A DNA stretch of 64,000 bases, from positions 5,606 through 69,605 of the forward strand of contig JBAZZY010000012.1 in assembly GCA_041658565.1 (NCBI GenBank). The letters are read 5' to 3'. The DNA is from Actinomycetota bacterium (GTDB lineage Bacteria > Actinomycetota > AC-67). The notes beneath the pieces are model-generated. The model had not been told where the DNA came from. It worked only from the letters and a program-made list of their open reading frames with translations, and ran no database searches. Positions 37,958-48,136 of this stretch are shown piece after piece; position 1 is the first letter of the stretch, and the number at the start of each line of letters is the position of its first letter. Position numbers and translations under genes: made by a program.

Positions 37958-39379
37958 ATGAGGCGTGCCGTGTCGACGACATGGGTTGCCGCCGTTTTCG
38001 TCGGCGTCGTTCTTCCGAGCGGCGCCGGCCCGGTGCCGGACTCGCCGATCGCGCGCGTCGTGCGCATCGCTCACGAACTCGATGAGGCGATAGGAGAGGA
38101 CGCCGTGCGGGATGAGATCACGGCCCTTGCGACCGTTGCTCCGCACCGTCGCGCGGGCACGCCGTTCGAGATCGTCGCCCGCGACTGGGTGTACCGGCGC
38201 TTCCTCGACGCCGGACTCTCCAACGTGCGCATCGAGGAGAGCCCATACCTTTCGTGGCAACCGCGTCGGGTTGGGCTGTTCGACTCCTCAGCATCACCCG
38301 CCGACCTCGAGGTCCGTCCGATCATCGGCTCACCAAACACGCTCCCAACCGGTTTGACCGCGCCGATTGTGTACGTCGGACGCGGCGAATCGGCCGATTA
38401 CGCGAAGTTGTCGCCGGCCGACTACGTCGGGCGCATTCACGTCGTGCGCCGTGGCGGCACACATCGCTTCGACAAGTACATCGCCGCCGTGCAGCACGGT
38501 GCCGTTGGTTTCGTGTTCGCCCACGATGTCCACGAACCGGACCGCAACCTGATCGAGACCGGCAGCATCGTGCCGCTCACTTCGATCCCCGCTGTCGCGA
38601 TCGGCGCCGGCGACGGCGACCGTCTGGAAGAGGCGTGGCGGAACGGGATTGCACCTGAGGTCACGCTTGTTGTCGATGCCGAGAGCCGTCCCTCGGTCAC
38701 CTGGAACGTGATCGGCGAGATTCCCGCCGCGGTTTCGACCCAGGAGTTCGTAGTGTTCGGCACGCATTACGACTCTCACGACGTCGGGCCGTCGGTGGCC
38801 GACAACGCCGCGGGGATGGGAGCCACGATTGCCGCCGCGCGCGTTCTCGCCTCGCGATGGAGCTATGCGCGCACGATCCGAGTCATCGCCTTCGGCGCCG
38901 AAGAGATCGGTCTGCAGGGATCGGTCGTGCACGCCGCGCGAACAGCGCCGGACATACTTGCTTCCTGCCGCTTGATGGCGGACATCGACGTCGCGGGCAA
39001 CGGCGACGCCGGCGCGGCGTTGAACGCGACCGGATCGCCGCGCAGCGAAACGGCGACGGCAGCAGCGATGGTGGCGGCTGCGCTCGAGTACGAGCGAAGA
39101 AGCGGATATGGATTCAAGGCGGAGACCGGGGAGTTCCCAGCGGGTTACGCCTCCGCCTCGAATGATTCGGCCTCATATGCCGTCGGCGGTTGCCCGACGC
39201 TGGCGCTGAACAAGTGGCCCTTCGCGCACTACCACACCCAGTACGACACGCTGGACGAGATTGACTGGAGCGACGCGCGCCTGACCGCCGTCATCGCCGC
39301 CTCGATCGTCGCCGAATATGCGCTCGGCGACGACCTCACCGCGGGACCCACCCTGAGGGGGGCGCGGAAGCAAAGATGA
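37958..39379 (+). CDS. Secreted PA-domain M28 peptidase
   Basis: Signal peptide; THYD, VADNAAG, GAEEIG, DIDV, HYHT. Confidence 0.85.
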   Translation: MRRAVSTTWVAAVFVGVVLPSGAGPVPDSPIARVVRIAHELDEAIGEDAVRDEITALATVAPHRRAGTPFEIVARDWVYRRFLDAGLSNVRIEESPYLSWQPRRVGLFDSSASPADLEVRPIIGSPNTLPTGLTAPIVYVGRGESADYAKLSPADYVGRIHVVRRGGTHRFDKYIAAVQHGAVGFVFAHDVHEPDRNLIETGSIVPLTSIPAVAIGAGDGDRLEEAWRNGIAPEVTLVVDAESRPSVTWNVIGEIPAAVSTQEFVVFGTHYDSHDVGPSVADNAAGMGATIAAARVLASRWSYARTIRVIAFGAEEIGLQGSVVHAARTAPDILASCRLMADIDVAGNGDAGAALNATGSPRSETATAAAMVAAALEYERRSGYGFKAETGEFPAGYASASNDSASYAVGGCPTLALNKWPFAHYHTQYDTLDEIDWSDARLTAVIAASIVAEYALGDDLTAGPTLRGARKQR

Positions 39380-40470
39380 GCGAACAGGACTTCGCGCCCG
39401 GCGCGCGCAACGCAGTCGCTCCAAGGGAACTGTTTCGCAGGTTTCCCGAGTTGCGCGCGCGCATCCCGTGGGTTCCTCTCGCCGATCTGCCGACGCCCGT
39501 TGAGCGCATGGCTCGGCTGGAAGAGTCCCTGCCCGGCGACGCGCGGCTGTTCGTGAAGCGCGACGACCTAACCAACTCCGGGTACGGCGGGAACAAGGTT
39601 CGCAAGTTCGAGTTCGTGCTGGCGCAAGCGGTCGCCTCGGGTGCGACGCACGTCGTAACGGCGGGTGGGTGGGGTTCTCATCACGTCCTCGCAACGGCGT
39701 TCTTCGCGCGCCGGTTTGGGCTGGCAACGCGCGCATACGTCTTCCCGCAGCCCTTCAACGACCACGTCGGTCGTCAGTTGCTTGCGATGGCGGCCTGCGG
39801 TGCCGAACTCGTGCCTTGCGCCGGACCGTCGGTTGCTTTCGCGCGGCTCGCTGTGGCGCGCGCGCGCCGAAACGCTCCGTTCGTAATCGCGCCCGGTGGC
39901 AGCACTGTGGCGGGAATGCTGGGCTACGTCGAGGCCGGACTGGAAATCGCTGCGCAGGTGACTCGCGACGAACTTCCGCCACCCGACGCGATCGTAACCG
40001 CACTCGGTTCGGGTGGAACCGCCGCGGGTTTGGCGGTCGGACTTGCGCTTGCGGGATTGGCGGCCGAAGTGATCGCCGTGCGTATTACTTCGCCGGTCGC
40101 CGCGAACGCGCGCTACGTGGATTTGCTGTGTCGTCGCGTGCTGCGGTGCCTGAACTCCGTCGTCCACACCGACCTTCGTCCCAGCGTCCGCGTACTCGGA
40201 GGGTACCTGGGCAAGGGATACGGGTTCCCGACAGCGGCCGGGGTTGCTGCGACGAGGCGCGCGCGTGACACCGAAGGGCTGCGCTTGGAGCCGAGCTATA
40301 CCGCGAAAGCGATGGCTGCGTTCACCGATGTCGCTTCGCGGTCTGCGTCGCGCGGCAAGACCTACATGTTCCTCGATACATTCAGTTCGTCCCCGCTGGA
40401 CTCACTCGTCCGAGCGGCTTCCCCAGCCGACCTGCCTCCCGCGCTGCGCGCGCTGTTTGCGCGCGCCTAG
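39376..40470 (+). CDS. PLP enzyme, D-cysteine desulfhydrase-like (ACC deaminase family)
   Basis: KRDDL, GGNKVRK, GSGGT; LEPSYTAK and FLDT carry Thr where ACC deaminases have Glu/Leu. Confidence 0.85.
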   Translation: MSEQDFAPGARNAVAPRELFRRFPELRARIPWVPLADLPTPVERMARLEESLPGDARLFVKRDDLTNSGYGGNKVRKFEFVLAQAVASGATHVVTAGGWGSHHVLATAFFARRFGLATRAYVFPQPFNDHVGRQLLAMAACGAELVPCAGPSVAFARLAVARARRNAPFVIAPGGSTVAGMLGYVEAGLEIAAQVTRDELPPPDAIVTALGSGGTAAGLAVGLALAGLAAEVIAVRITSPVAANARYVDLLCRRVLRCLNSVVHTDLRPSVRVLGGYLGKGYGFPTAAGVAATRRARDTEGLRLEPSYTAKAMAAFTDVASRSASRGKTYMFLDTFSSSPLDSLVRAASPADLPPALRALFARA

Positions 40471-40626
40471 GACGCGGGCGTTGTGCCGCGGTGAACCGGT
40501 TGAGTGCATTCCGCTGGTAGGGTTTCGCCGGTGACGCACTACATCCGGGGTTCAGGCTTTCCTCGTACCCGACCCGGCATCGGCACTTATGGCACGGCTT
40601 GACGGTCGGCACGACAGGGGGACGAA

Positions 40627-41190
40627 ATGGCGTATTGCGCGAACTGCGGGTTGGAGATCTCGGACCAGGCGATTGCTTGTCCAAAGTGCGGACAGCCGGG
40701 TGGCGGCAGTCAGACGGTCTCGACGGACACATCTTTGGCGTCCTGGGGTCAGCGGGTCGGGGCCGCACTCATCGACGGCCTCGTCGTGGGAGTGCCGTCG
40801 TGGATACTGATGGCGATCTTCGGGATCGGCGCGGCTGCCAGCGGACAGGTCGAGGTCGATCCAATCACCGGTGAGGTGGTCGGGGGCGGGGGTGCGCTCT
40901 TCCTGATGATGGCGGTGGTATTCGCGGTCGGAGTCTTGTATCGCGTCCTTCTTGAAGGCGGTCGGCGCGGCCAGACCGTCGGCAAGATGGCCTTGCGGAT
41001 CCAGGTCCGAGACGCCACCGCCGGCGGATCGATCGGTTACGGTCGCGCGTTTCTGCGCTGGGTGGTCGCGGGCGCCCTTTGGATCGTCACCGTCCCGGGC
41101 ATCATCGACGTGCTGTTCCCGCTTTGGGACAAGCGGCGCCAGACGCTGCACGACAAGGCCGCTCGCTCGATCGTCGTCCGAGTCGCCTGA
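40627..41190 (+). CDS. RDD family membrane protein with N-terminal zinc ribbon
   Basis: CANC...CPKC; ASWGQRVGAALID; GQTVGK; RQTLHDKAA. Confidence 0.9.
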   Translation: MAYCANCGLEISDQAIACPKCGQPGGGSQTVSTDTSLASWGQRVGAALIDGLVVGVPSWILMAIFGIGAAASGQVEVDPITGEVVGGGGALFLMMAVVFAVGVLYRVLLEGGRRGQTVGKMALRIQVRDATAGGSIGYGRAFLRWVVAGALWIVTVPGIIDVLFPLWDKRRQTLHDKAARSIVVRVA

Positions 41191-41215
41191 TCAAGAAACA
41201 GCGAGTGGGATCGGT

Positions 41216-43123
41216 TCACCCAAGTTCGGTGGTGAGCCGGTCCCATTCGGTTTCGAGTTCGGCGATGTGCGCGCGCAGTCGTTCGTATTCGCGCACCAAC
41301 TCGGCAACGCCTTGGCCTGCGGCGTAGAACTCGGGATCCGCGAGGCGCGCGCCGGTCGATTCCATTTGTGCGTGCGCAGCTTCCAACTTCGTCTCGACGC
41401 TACGGACGGCGGTGCGCGCGCGCGATTGCCGTTGCCGTTCTTCGGCGTCGCTTCGGCGCTGCTCCTTTGATGTATTTCCCGCGCGCGCCGCTCGCTCGCT
41501 GGGCGCCGGCGTTGACTGCTCCGCGGAAACGCGTTCGAGGTAGCGCTCGTAGTCTCCGGGGAACGAGCGCACTCGTCCGGCCGTGACTTCGATGACGTGA
41601 TCGGCGACGCTGCGGATCAAGTGGCGGTCGTGAGTGATCAGCACCATCGTGCCGTCGTACTCCTGTAGCGCGTCCTCCAGCACGTCGCGCGACGCGATGT
41701 CGAGGTGGTTTGTCGGCTCGTCCATGCACAGCAAGTTGAACGGAGACGCCAGGACTTTCGCTAGCGCGAGCCGCGAACGCTCTCCGCCCGAAAGCACGCC
41801 GACGGGCTTGTCCACGTCGTCGCGTGGGAACAAGAAGCGTCCCAGCAAGTCACGAGGCCGCACCTTGGAGCCGGGCGGCAGCGATCGCTCGAGTTCTTCC
41901 AGTACTCGCAGCGACGGGTCGAGCGACTCGACTTGGTGCTGCGCGAAGTAGCCGATGGCGACGTTCGCTCCGGGCGCGCACTCTCCGGTCGTCGGCTTCA
42001 ACGCGCCGGCGATGAGCTTCAAAAGCGTGGTCTTTCCCGCCCCGTTCGGTCCGACGAGCGCGACCTTCTGTCCGCGCTCGATCGACACGTTGAGATCCCG
42101 GTAGACCTCGTGATCGCCGTAGGAGAACCCCACGCTACGCAGTTCCATCACGATGCGTCCCGCGCGCGGCGCCGGAGGGAAACCGATCTTCATGGTGCGA
42201 CCCGCTGCCGCCACGACCGGTGCGGCATCCATGCGGTCGAGCGCCTTGATGCGGCTTTGCACCTGTCGCGCCTTCGAGGCTTTGTAACGGAACCGATTGA
42301 TGAACACTTCGGATTGCGCGCGTTTGCGCGCGATGTTCTTCGCCGCAGCTTCGGCCTGCAGCGCGCGCATTTCGCGTTGCTCGACGAACGACGCGTAGTC
42401 ACCGGTGTAGACGACGAGCTTGCTGCTTTCGATTTCGCCCACTCGTGTGACGATGCCGTTCATGAAGTCGCGGTCGTGCGAGATGAGCATCAGCGCGCCT
42501 TCGTATGTGCGCAGGAATCGCTCAAGCCACACGACGGACTCGAGGTCAAGATGGTTGGTCGGCTCGTCGAGCAGAAGCACGTCGGGTCCGGCCAGCAGCA
42601 GCTTGGCGAGCGCGACCCGCATGAGCCATCCGCCCGACAGCGTCTCGGTCCGGCGCGAGGTATCCGCATCGGAGAAGCCCAGACCCGCGAGGATCTGCCG
42701 CGCTTCGGTCTCCAGCGACCAACCCCCCAGCGCCTCGAAGCGTTCGGTCAGATGGGCGTACTCCTCCAGCAGCGGCCCGCGTTCTTCTTCGTCGGGCGTC
42801 GCCTCCAGTTCGGCCGTGAGGATCTGAAGCCGGTGTCCGGCGTCACGCATGGCGGTTCCCGCGGACATGACTTCCTCGAGAACGGTCCGACCGCGCAGCG
42901 CGTCCGTTTCCTGCGCCAGGTACCCAAGGACGGCGCCGTTGAGCAGGTTGATCGATCCACCGTCGGGCTCCTGGTGTCCGGAGATCATCTCGAACAAGGT
43001 GGTCTTGCCCGAGCCGTTCGGCCCCACGATCGCGATGCGGTCGCGCGCGCCCACCCGCAGGTCGGCGCCGTCGAAGAGAGCGCGCGCGCCGAACGAACGT
43101 CGAAGGCCGGAGATGATGATCAC
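41216..43123 (-). CDS. ABC-F family ATPase (Uup/YheS-like)
   Basis: Two NBDs (GPNGSGKT, GPNGAGKT; LSGGW, LSGGE; DEPTNHLD twice), no TM, coiled-coil C-terminus. Confidence 0.92.
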   Translation of the reverse strand: MIIISGLRRSFGARALFDGADLRVGARDRIAIVGPNGSGKTTLFEMISGHQEPDGGSINLLNGAVLGYLAQETDALRGRTVLEEVMSAGTAMRDAGHRLQILTAELEATPDEEERGPLLEEYAHLTERFEALGGWSLETEARQILAGLGFSDADTSRRTETLSGGWLMRVALAKLLLAGPDVLLLDEPTNHLDLESVVWLERFLRTYEGALMLISHDRDFMNGIVTRVGEIESSKLVVYTGDYASFVEQREMRALQAEAAAKNIARKRAQSEVFINRFRYKASKARQVQSRIKALDRMDAAPVVAAAGRTMKIGFPPAPRAGRIVMELRSVGFSYGDHEVYRDLNVSIERGQKVALVGPNGAGKTTLLKLIAGALKPTTGECAPGANVAIGYFAQHQVESLDPSLRVLEELERSLPPGSKVRPRDLLGRFLFPRDDVDKPVGVLSGGERSRLALAKVLASPFNLLCMDEPTNHLDIASRDVLEDALQEYDGTMVLITHDRHLIRSVADHVIEVTAGRVRSFPGDYERYLERVSAEQSTPAPSERAARAGNTSKEQRRSDAEERQRQSRARTAVRSVETKLEAAHAQMESTGARLADPEFYAAGQGVAELVREYERLRAHIAELETEWDRLTTELG

Positions 43124-43224
43124 GCGTTGAGAGTATCGAGCCTGGACGAGTCCCGCGCGCGCCGTAGACTCTGAGGTGGGCCGGAGCAGACGTGTCCGGC
43201 TGGAATCGAGAGGGATGACAAGCC

Positions 43225-44409
43225 ATGACGAAGTCCGCGGCGCGCGCTGTTCCCGATCCGATCGACTTCCTTCACATCGACGCGCTTCTGTCCGAGGACG
43301 AGCGGGCGATTCGCGATACCGTCCGGCGCTTCGTCCGTGAGCGCGCGCTGCCCGGGATCGCCGACTGGTTTGAGCGAGGGGTCTTCCCGCGGGAACTGGC
43401 GCCGGAACTGGGCCGCCTGGGTCTGCTCGGGATGCACCTTGAGGGATACGGCTGCGCCGGGACGAGCGCGGTCGCCTACGGTCTGGCGTGTACCGAACTC
43501 GAGGCCGGCGACAGCGGCTTTCGAAGTTTCGTCTCGGTCCAAGGCTCGCTTGCGATGTTCGCCATCCATCACTGGGGCTCTGAGGAACAGAAGCAGGAGT
43601 GGCTCCCACGAATGGCGGCGGGGGATGCGCTCGGGTGTTTCGGCTTGACCGAAGCCGATGCCGGCAGCGATCCCGGGAGCATGCGCACCACGGCCCGCCG
43701 CGACGGAACCGACTGGGTGATCGACGGCTCGAAGATGTGGATCACCAGCGGCAGCATTGCCGACGTCGCCGTCGTGTGGGCGCGCACTGAGGACGGCGTG
43801 CGCGGGTTCCTCGTGCCGGCCGGCACGCCCGGGTTCTCCGCGCGCGACATCCATCACAAGCTGTCGTTGCGCGCGTCGGTTACCTCTGAGCTGATCCTGG
43901 AGGACTGCCGGGTTTCTGCCGACGCAATGCTGCCCGAGGCGCTTGGGCTGCGCGGACCGCTGTCGTGTTTGAACGAGGCGCGCTACGGCATCGTGTGGGG
44001 CGCGGTCGGCGCGGCGCGCGCGTGTTACGAAGCCGCTTTGTCTTACTCGAAAGATCGCGTCCAGTTCGGCAAGCCGATCGCAGCAATGCAGCTGACGCAA
44101 CGCAAGCTCGTCGAGATGTTGCTCGCCACGCAGCGCGGAATGCTGCTCGCGCTGCACCTGGGGCGCATGAAGGACCACGGCCGGCTCACGCACGAACAAG
44201 TGAGCCTCGGCAAGTATGCGAACGTCGGCGACGCGCTGGAGGTCGCGCGGCTGGCGCGATCGGTGCTGGGTGCGAACGGGATCACGCTGGAATACCCCGT
44301 CATCCGCCATATGAACAATCTGGAGTCGGTCTACACCTACGAGGGCACGCACGAAATCCACACGCTCGTCGTTGGTCAGGCCGTGACGGGCATGGCCGCG
44401 TTCTTCTGA
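43225..44409 (+). CDS. gcdH: Acyl-CoA dehydrogenase, glutaryl-CoA dehydrogenase-like
   Basis: CFGLTEADAGSDP, KMWIT, SLRASVT, YTYEGTHEIH. Confidence 0.85.
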   Translation: MTKSAARAVPDPIDFLHIDALLSEDERAIRDTVRRFVRERALPGIADWFERGVFPRELAPELGRLGLLGMHLEGYGCAGTSAVAYGLACTELEAGDSGFRSFVSVQGSLAMFAIHHWGSEEQKQEWLPRMAAGDALGCFGLTEADAGSDPGSMRTTARRDGTDWVIDGSKMWITSGSIADVAVVWARTEDGVRGFLVPAGTPGFSARDIHHKLSLRASVTSELILEDCRVSADAMLPEALGLRGPLSCLNEARYGIVWGAVGAARACYEAALSYSKDRVQFGKPIAAMQLTQRKLVEMLLATQRGMLLALHLGRMKDHGRLTHEQVSLGKYANVGDALEVARLARSVLGANGITLEYPVIRHMNNLESVYTYEGTHEIHTLVVGQAVTGMAAFF

Positions 44410-44413
44410 TGGC

Positions 44414-44875
44414 CTATGCGTGCTTGCGGTGTTCCTCGCGCGCGAGCGATGCGAGGTGCCGCTTGAGTCCTGCGAGCGTGCGCGCGGTGGTGCGCCGGAA
44501 CACGAGCCCAAGTGCCGGGTCGAGCACTCCCAAGGGGCCCTTGCCCACAAGGATCGCGTTGTAGGTGATGCGCGAGCCTTCGCGCGTCTTCTCGATCGTG
44601 ATCGCGTCTTGCGCGCGCAAGATCGTCGTCTCCGATTGGAACGTGATCTCTGACGGAGGCGTCATCGACGTTACGCGGTAGAGCCCTGTGATCTTGCGTC
44701 CCAGCAAAGTGGTCGCCAGGCGGAACGTTGAGTTCACTCGCACCGGGCCGTCGGTCATCTTTTCAGCTTCGGCGATGCCGGGGTCCCACTCCGCTGCGTT
44801 CGACATGTCGCTCAAGTACGCGAAGCATGCTGCGGGCGACAGACGGGTTTCGAGCGAGGCGCTATACCGTGCCAT
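44414..44875 (-). CDS. SRPBCC/polyketide cyclase-like protein
   Basis: FAYLSDMSNAAEWDPG; SD GAGGAGG. Confidence 0.82.
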   Translation of the reverse strand: MARYSASLETRLSPAACFAYLSDMSNAAEWDPGIAEAEKMTDGPVRVNSTFRLATTLLGRKITGLYRVTSMTPPSEITFQSETTILRAQDAITIEKTREGSRITYNAILVGKGPLGVLDPALGLVFRRTTARTLAGLKRHLASLAREEHRKHA

Positions 44876-44965
44876 CCAAACCCCTCCTCGGGCTTTGCGT
44901 GACCGTTTGTCTTCCGATCATGGCACCGCCGGATGCCCGGCGACAGGTACGAACGTGGGATCTAT

Positions 44966-45000
44966 TGCCGACAGAAAGCCCTGTTGGCACTCTCTGTCGG
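44966..45000. terminator. Possible stem-loop(s) downstream of the ABC-2 permease
   Basis: TGCCGACAG can pair with CTGTTGGCA (44981-89), or CCGACAGA with TCTGTCGG (44993-45000). Confidence 0.35.
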
Positions 45001-45010
45001 GACGCGTCCT

Positions 45011-45817
45011 CTATGCGATAGTTCGGTACCGGCGGATCGCGGTCGGCACGAAGACGATCATCATCCCCGCGATCCACGCTACCGCTTGAAGGGTGGGTTT
45101 GAGTATCGGCCCGGCGACGAGCAATCCGCGCATCGCATCGACCGTGATGCTGACGGGGTTGACCTTCGCCCACGCTTGCAGCCACCCGGGCATCGATGCG
45201 ACCGGAACGAACGCTGAACTCGCGAAGGTCAGCGGAAAGATCCAGATGAACGACGCTGCCTGAGTGGACTCCACGTCGCGGACCACCAATCCGATCAATG
45301 CCGAGATCCACGAGAACGCGTGACCGAACATTAACGCAAGAGCGACCCCGCCGAGCGCGGCGATTGGGTTGGTGTGGATGCGAAATCCCACCGCGAACCC
45401 AACCGTCATCATCAGCCCGATGACGAACACGTTGCGGACGGTATCCGACAGCGTGCGTCCGGCGAGCACCGCCGAGCGCGCCATGGGCAACGACCGGAAG
45501 CGGTCGATCATGCCGCCCGAAAGATCCTCCGCAAGTCCGACGCCTGTTTGCGTTGAGCCGAAGACGACCGTCTGCACGAAGATCCCCGGCATCAGGAAGT
45601 CCACGTAGGAAAGCCCGCCGCCGGCGTTGATCGCCCCGCCGAAGACGTAGCGGAACAGCAGCACGAACATCACAGGCTGAATCGTGGAAAAGACCAGAAG
45701 CGTTGGAATGCGCAGGTAGCGGATCAAGTTCCGCTGCGAGACCAGCAACGCGTCGCCGATTGCGGCGGCTGCGCGCCCGCGCCGGACCGACGGTGCGGAT
45801 GTCGTCGTCGTGTTCAC
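45011..45817 (-). CDS. ABC-2 exporter permease, DrrB-like
   Basis: QPVMFVLLF, GMIDRFRSLP, SSAFVPVASMP. Confidence 0.9.
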   Translation of the reverse strand: MNTTTTSAPSVRRGRAAAAIGDALLVSQRNLIRYLRIPTLLVFSTIQPVMFVLLFRYVFGGAINAGGGLSYVDFLMPGIFVQTVVFGSTQTGVGLAEDLSGGMIDRFRSLPMARSAVLAGRTLSDTVRNVFVIGLMMTVGFAVGFRIHTNPIAALGGVALALMFGHAFSWISALIGLVVRDVESTQAASFIWIFPLTFASSAFVPVASMPGWLQAWAKVNPVSITVDAMRGLLVAGPILKPTLQAVAWIAGMMIVFVPTAIRRYRTIA

Positions 45818-46830
45818 TTGTGCCTCCCGCGCGCGCGCCGCCGCCGCCGTCCCGCCGCCGTCGTGTCACCCGGCAACGGGGCGTCTTCCGCGGTGTGTCC
45901 GGTCAGGCGCAAGAACACGTCGTTTAGCGTCGGGCGGCGCAGCGCGAGATCCGACAGCGAGATCCCTGCCCCGTCAAGCCGGCGCACGACCTCCGCGATT
46001 ACCCGCGTTCCACCGATGCCCACAGGGATCGAGACGTGCCCCTGGGGAGCATCGACCGTAGGGGCACCCGCGCCGAGTCCCGCCACCGCAACGACGGCTT
46101 CGGATGTGCGCGCGCGATCCGCGACGTGGATGTCGACGACGTCCACTCCCAACCGAGTCTTCAATTCGTCGGAGGTTCCTTCCTCGATGACCAGGCCGTC
46201 GTCGATGATCGCGATGCGGTCCGAAAGATGATCCGCCTCGTCGAGGTACTGCGTCGTCAACAGCAACGTCGTCCCGTCGCGCACGAGTTCTTCGATCAAG
46301 CCCCACAACTCGATGCGGCTTCGCGGATCCAGCCCCGTCGTCGGCTCGTCGAGAAACAACACCTGCGGCCGGCCGACGAGGCTTGCCCCCAGATCCAGTC
46401 GCCGGCGCATCCCGCCGGAGAAGCCCTTCACCTGGCGCGCGCCCGCGTGGCTGAGGTCGAATCGTTCCAGGACCTCGTCGGCGCGCCGCTCCGCCTCGGC
46501 GCGCGGCAGGCGGTACAGACGCCCAACCAATACGAGGTTCTCGCGTCCGGTCAGCGTCTCGTCCACCGCCGCGTATTGCCCGGCGAGCCCGATGGCGCTG
46601 CGCAACTTCGCGGCATCGCGCACCACGTCGTACCCGGCGACCGTTGCGCGCCCGCCGTCGGGATGCAGCAGCGTCGCAAGGATCCGAACCGCCGTCGTCT
46701 TGCCGGCCCCGTTGGGCCCGAGCAGCCCAAGAACGGTTCCCGTAGGTACGCGCAAGTCGATACCGCGAAGCGCTTCGACGTCTCCGAACCGCTTCCGCAG
46801 GCCCTCGACAACCACTGCCGGTGTGTCCAT
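45814..46830 (-). CDS. ABC exporter ATPase, DrrA-like
   Basis: GPNGAGKT, FSGGMRRR, FLDEPTTGLDP, LTTQYLDEAD, C-terminal RRPTLNDVF. Confidence 0.9.
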   Translation of the reverse strand: MDTPAVVVEGLRKRFGDVEALRGIDLRVPTGTVLGLLGPNGAGKTTAVRILATLLHPDGGRATVAGYDVVRDAAKLRSAIGLAGQYAAVDETLTGRENLVLVGRLYRLPRAEAERRADEVLERFDLSHAGARQVKGFSGGMRRRLDLGASLVGRPQVLFLDEPTTGLDPRSRIELWGLIEELVRDGTTLLLTTQYLDEADHLSDRIAIIDDGLVIEEGTSDELKTRLGVDVVDIHVADRARTSEAVVAVAGLGAGAPTVDAPQGHVSIPVGIGGTRVIAEVVRRLDGAGISLSDLALRRPTLNDVFLRLTGHTAEDAPLPGDTTAAGRRRRRARGRHK

Positions 46831-47009
46831 TTCGGATCCTTCGCCGCGTGACGCTCTCAAACGAGGAAAGCCGCCTGAGCATACCGGCGCAGAAACCCAG
46901 GTTCCTGCCTTTGTCGAACGGTGGCGGTGAACCACTAGCCTTCAGGCGCGCGCCGGTGTAGAGAAGACACAGCAGATTGCGGTCTCCGGCGCGAGGAGAG
47001 GAGTTCGAG

Positions 47010-48038
47010 ATGCGAATAGGGGTTCTCACCGGCGGAGGCGACTGTCCGGGGCTCAACGCGGTTATTCGCGCAGTTGTTCGAAAGGGCGAACGGACGTACG
47101 GAGATGAACTCGTCGGGTTTCTCGACGGATGGAAAGGCGTCATCGAGGGTTCGACGATGCCGTTGGACGTCGAGCGTTGTCGAGGCATCTTGCCGCGCGG
47201 TGGGACGATTCTGGGCACCTCGCGGACGAATCCGTACAAGATCGACGGTGGACCGGAGAAAGCGAAGGCGACCGTCGAGCGTCTGGGAATCGACGCGTTG
47301 ATCGCGATCGGCGGCGAGGACACGCTCGGCGTCGCGCTGAAGTTGACCAACGAGGGCGTGCCGGTCGTGGGTGTCCCCAAGACGATCGACAACGACCTCG
47401 GCGGAACCGAGGTGACCTTCGGGTTCGACACGGCGGTCCAGATCGCGGCCGATGCGATCGACCGGTTGCACACCACCGCGGAGTCGCACAACCGCGTGCT
47501 TGTGTGTGAGGTCATGGGCCGTCACGCCGGATGGATCGCAACATGCGCCGGCATCGCCGGCGGCGCGGCGCAGATCTTGGTTCCCGAGCAGGAGTTCGAC
47601 ATCGAGAAGGTGTGCCAGGACCTGCTCCAACGTCACAAGAAGGGACGCTTCGCGTCGATCGTCGTCGTCGCGGAGGGAGCGAAGCCCAAGGAAGCCTCGA
47701 CCGTGCTGCAGTCGGGCGAGTTGGACGAATTCGGTCACGTTCGCCTGGGCGGAATCGGCGAGGTTCTCGCCAAGGAAATCCGCGCGCGCACGGGGTTCGA
47801 CACCCGGGTAACCGTGCTCGGCCACGTCCAGCGCGGCGGGACTCCGACCGCGTTCGACCGAATCCTCGCAACACGATTCGGGGTCGCAGCGATCGACGCG
47901 GTGCACGACGGCGCGTTCGGCACGATGGTGGCGCTTCGGGCCGGCGCGATCATCCGGGTTTCGATCGCGGAGGCAGTTGCCGAGTTGAAGACGGTTGATC
48001 CCGGTCTCTTGGAGGTCGCCGAGATCTTCTTCAGCTAA
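47010..48038 (+). CDS. pfkA: 6-phosphofructokinase
   Basis: GGDCPG, GGTILG, GGEDT, PKTIDND, MGRHAG, LGHVQRGG. Confidence 0.95.
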   Translation: MRIGVLTGGGDCPGLNAVIRAVVRKGERTYGDELVGFLDGWKGVIEGSTMPLDVERCRGILPRGGTILGTSRTNPYKIDGGPEKAKATVERLGIDALIAIGGEDTLGVALKLTNEGVPVVGVPKTIDNDLGGTEVTFGFDTAVQIAADAIDRLHTTAESHNRVLVCEVMGRHAGWIATCAGIAGGAAQILVPEQEFDIEKVCQDLLQRHKKGRFASIVVVAEGAKPKEASTVLQSGELDEFGHVRLGGIGEVLAKEIRARTGFDTRVTVLGHVQRGGTPTAFDRILATRFGVAAIDAVHDGAFGTMVALRAGAIIRVSIAEAVAELKTVDPGLLEVAEIFFS

Positions 48039-48136
48039 CTCGACGGCGCGCGCCAAGTCGGCGCTTGCTTGGTAGGTCTTCGCGGGAATGCTTCGCCTCG
48101 TGTGAGAATGGCCCGGTCGATCACGGGGGAGGACTC

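Noticed and set aside
46862-46873. GAGGAAAG resembling RNase P RNA; GGCTTTCCTCGT also occurs near 40556
   Set aside because: Lacks the GTCC continuation and the length for rnpB; a single shared 12-mer is expected by chance in 64 kb.
31835-48056. Long antisense or alternate-frame ORFs (e.g. 31835-33676, 35594-36772, 41933-43174, 43120-44550, 46935-48056; also 11187-12608 and 27688-28710)
   Set aside because: Shadows of well-supported genes, expected from high-GC codon bias that lacks stops in the opposite frames.
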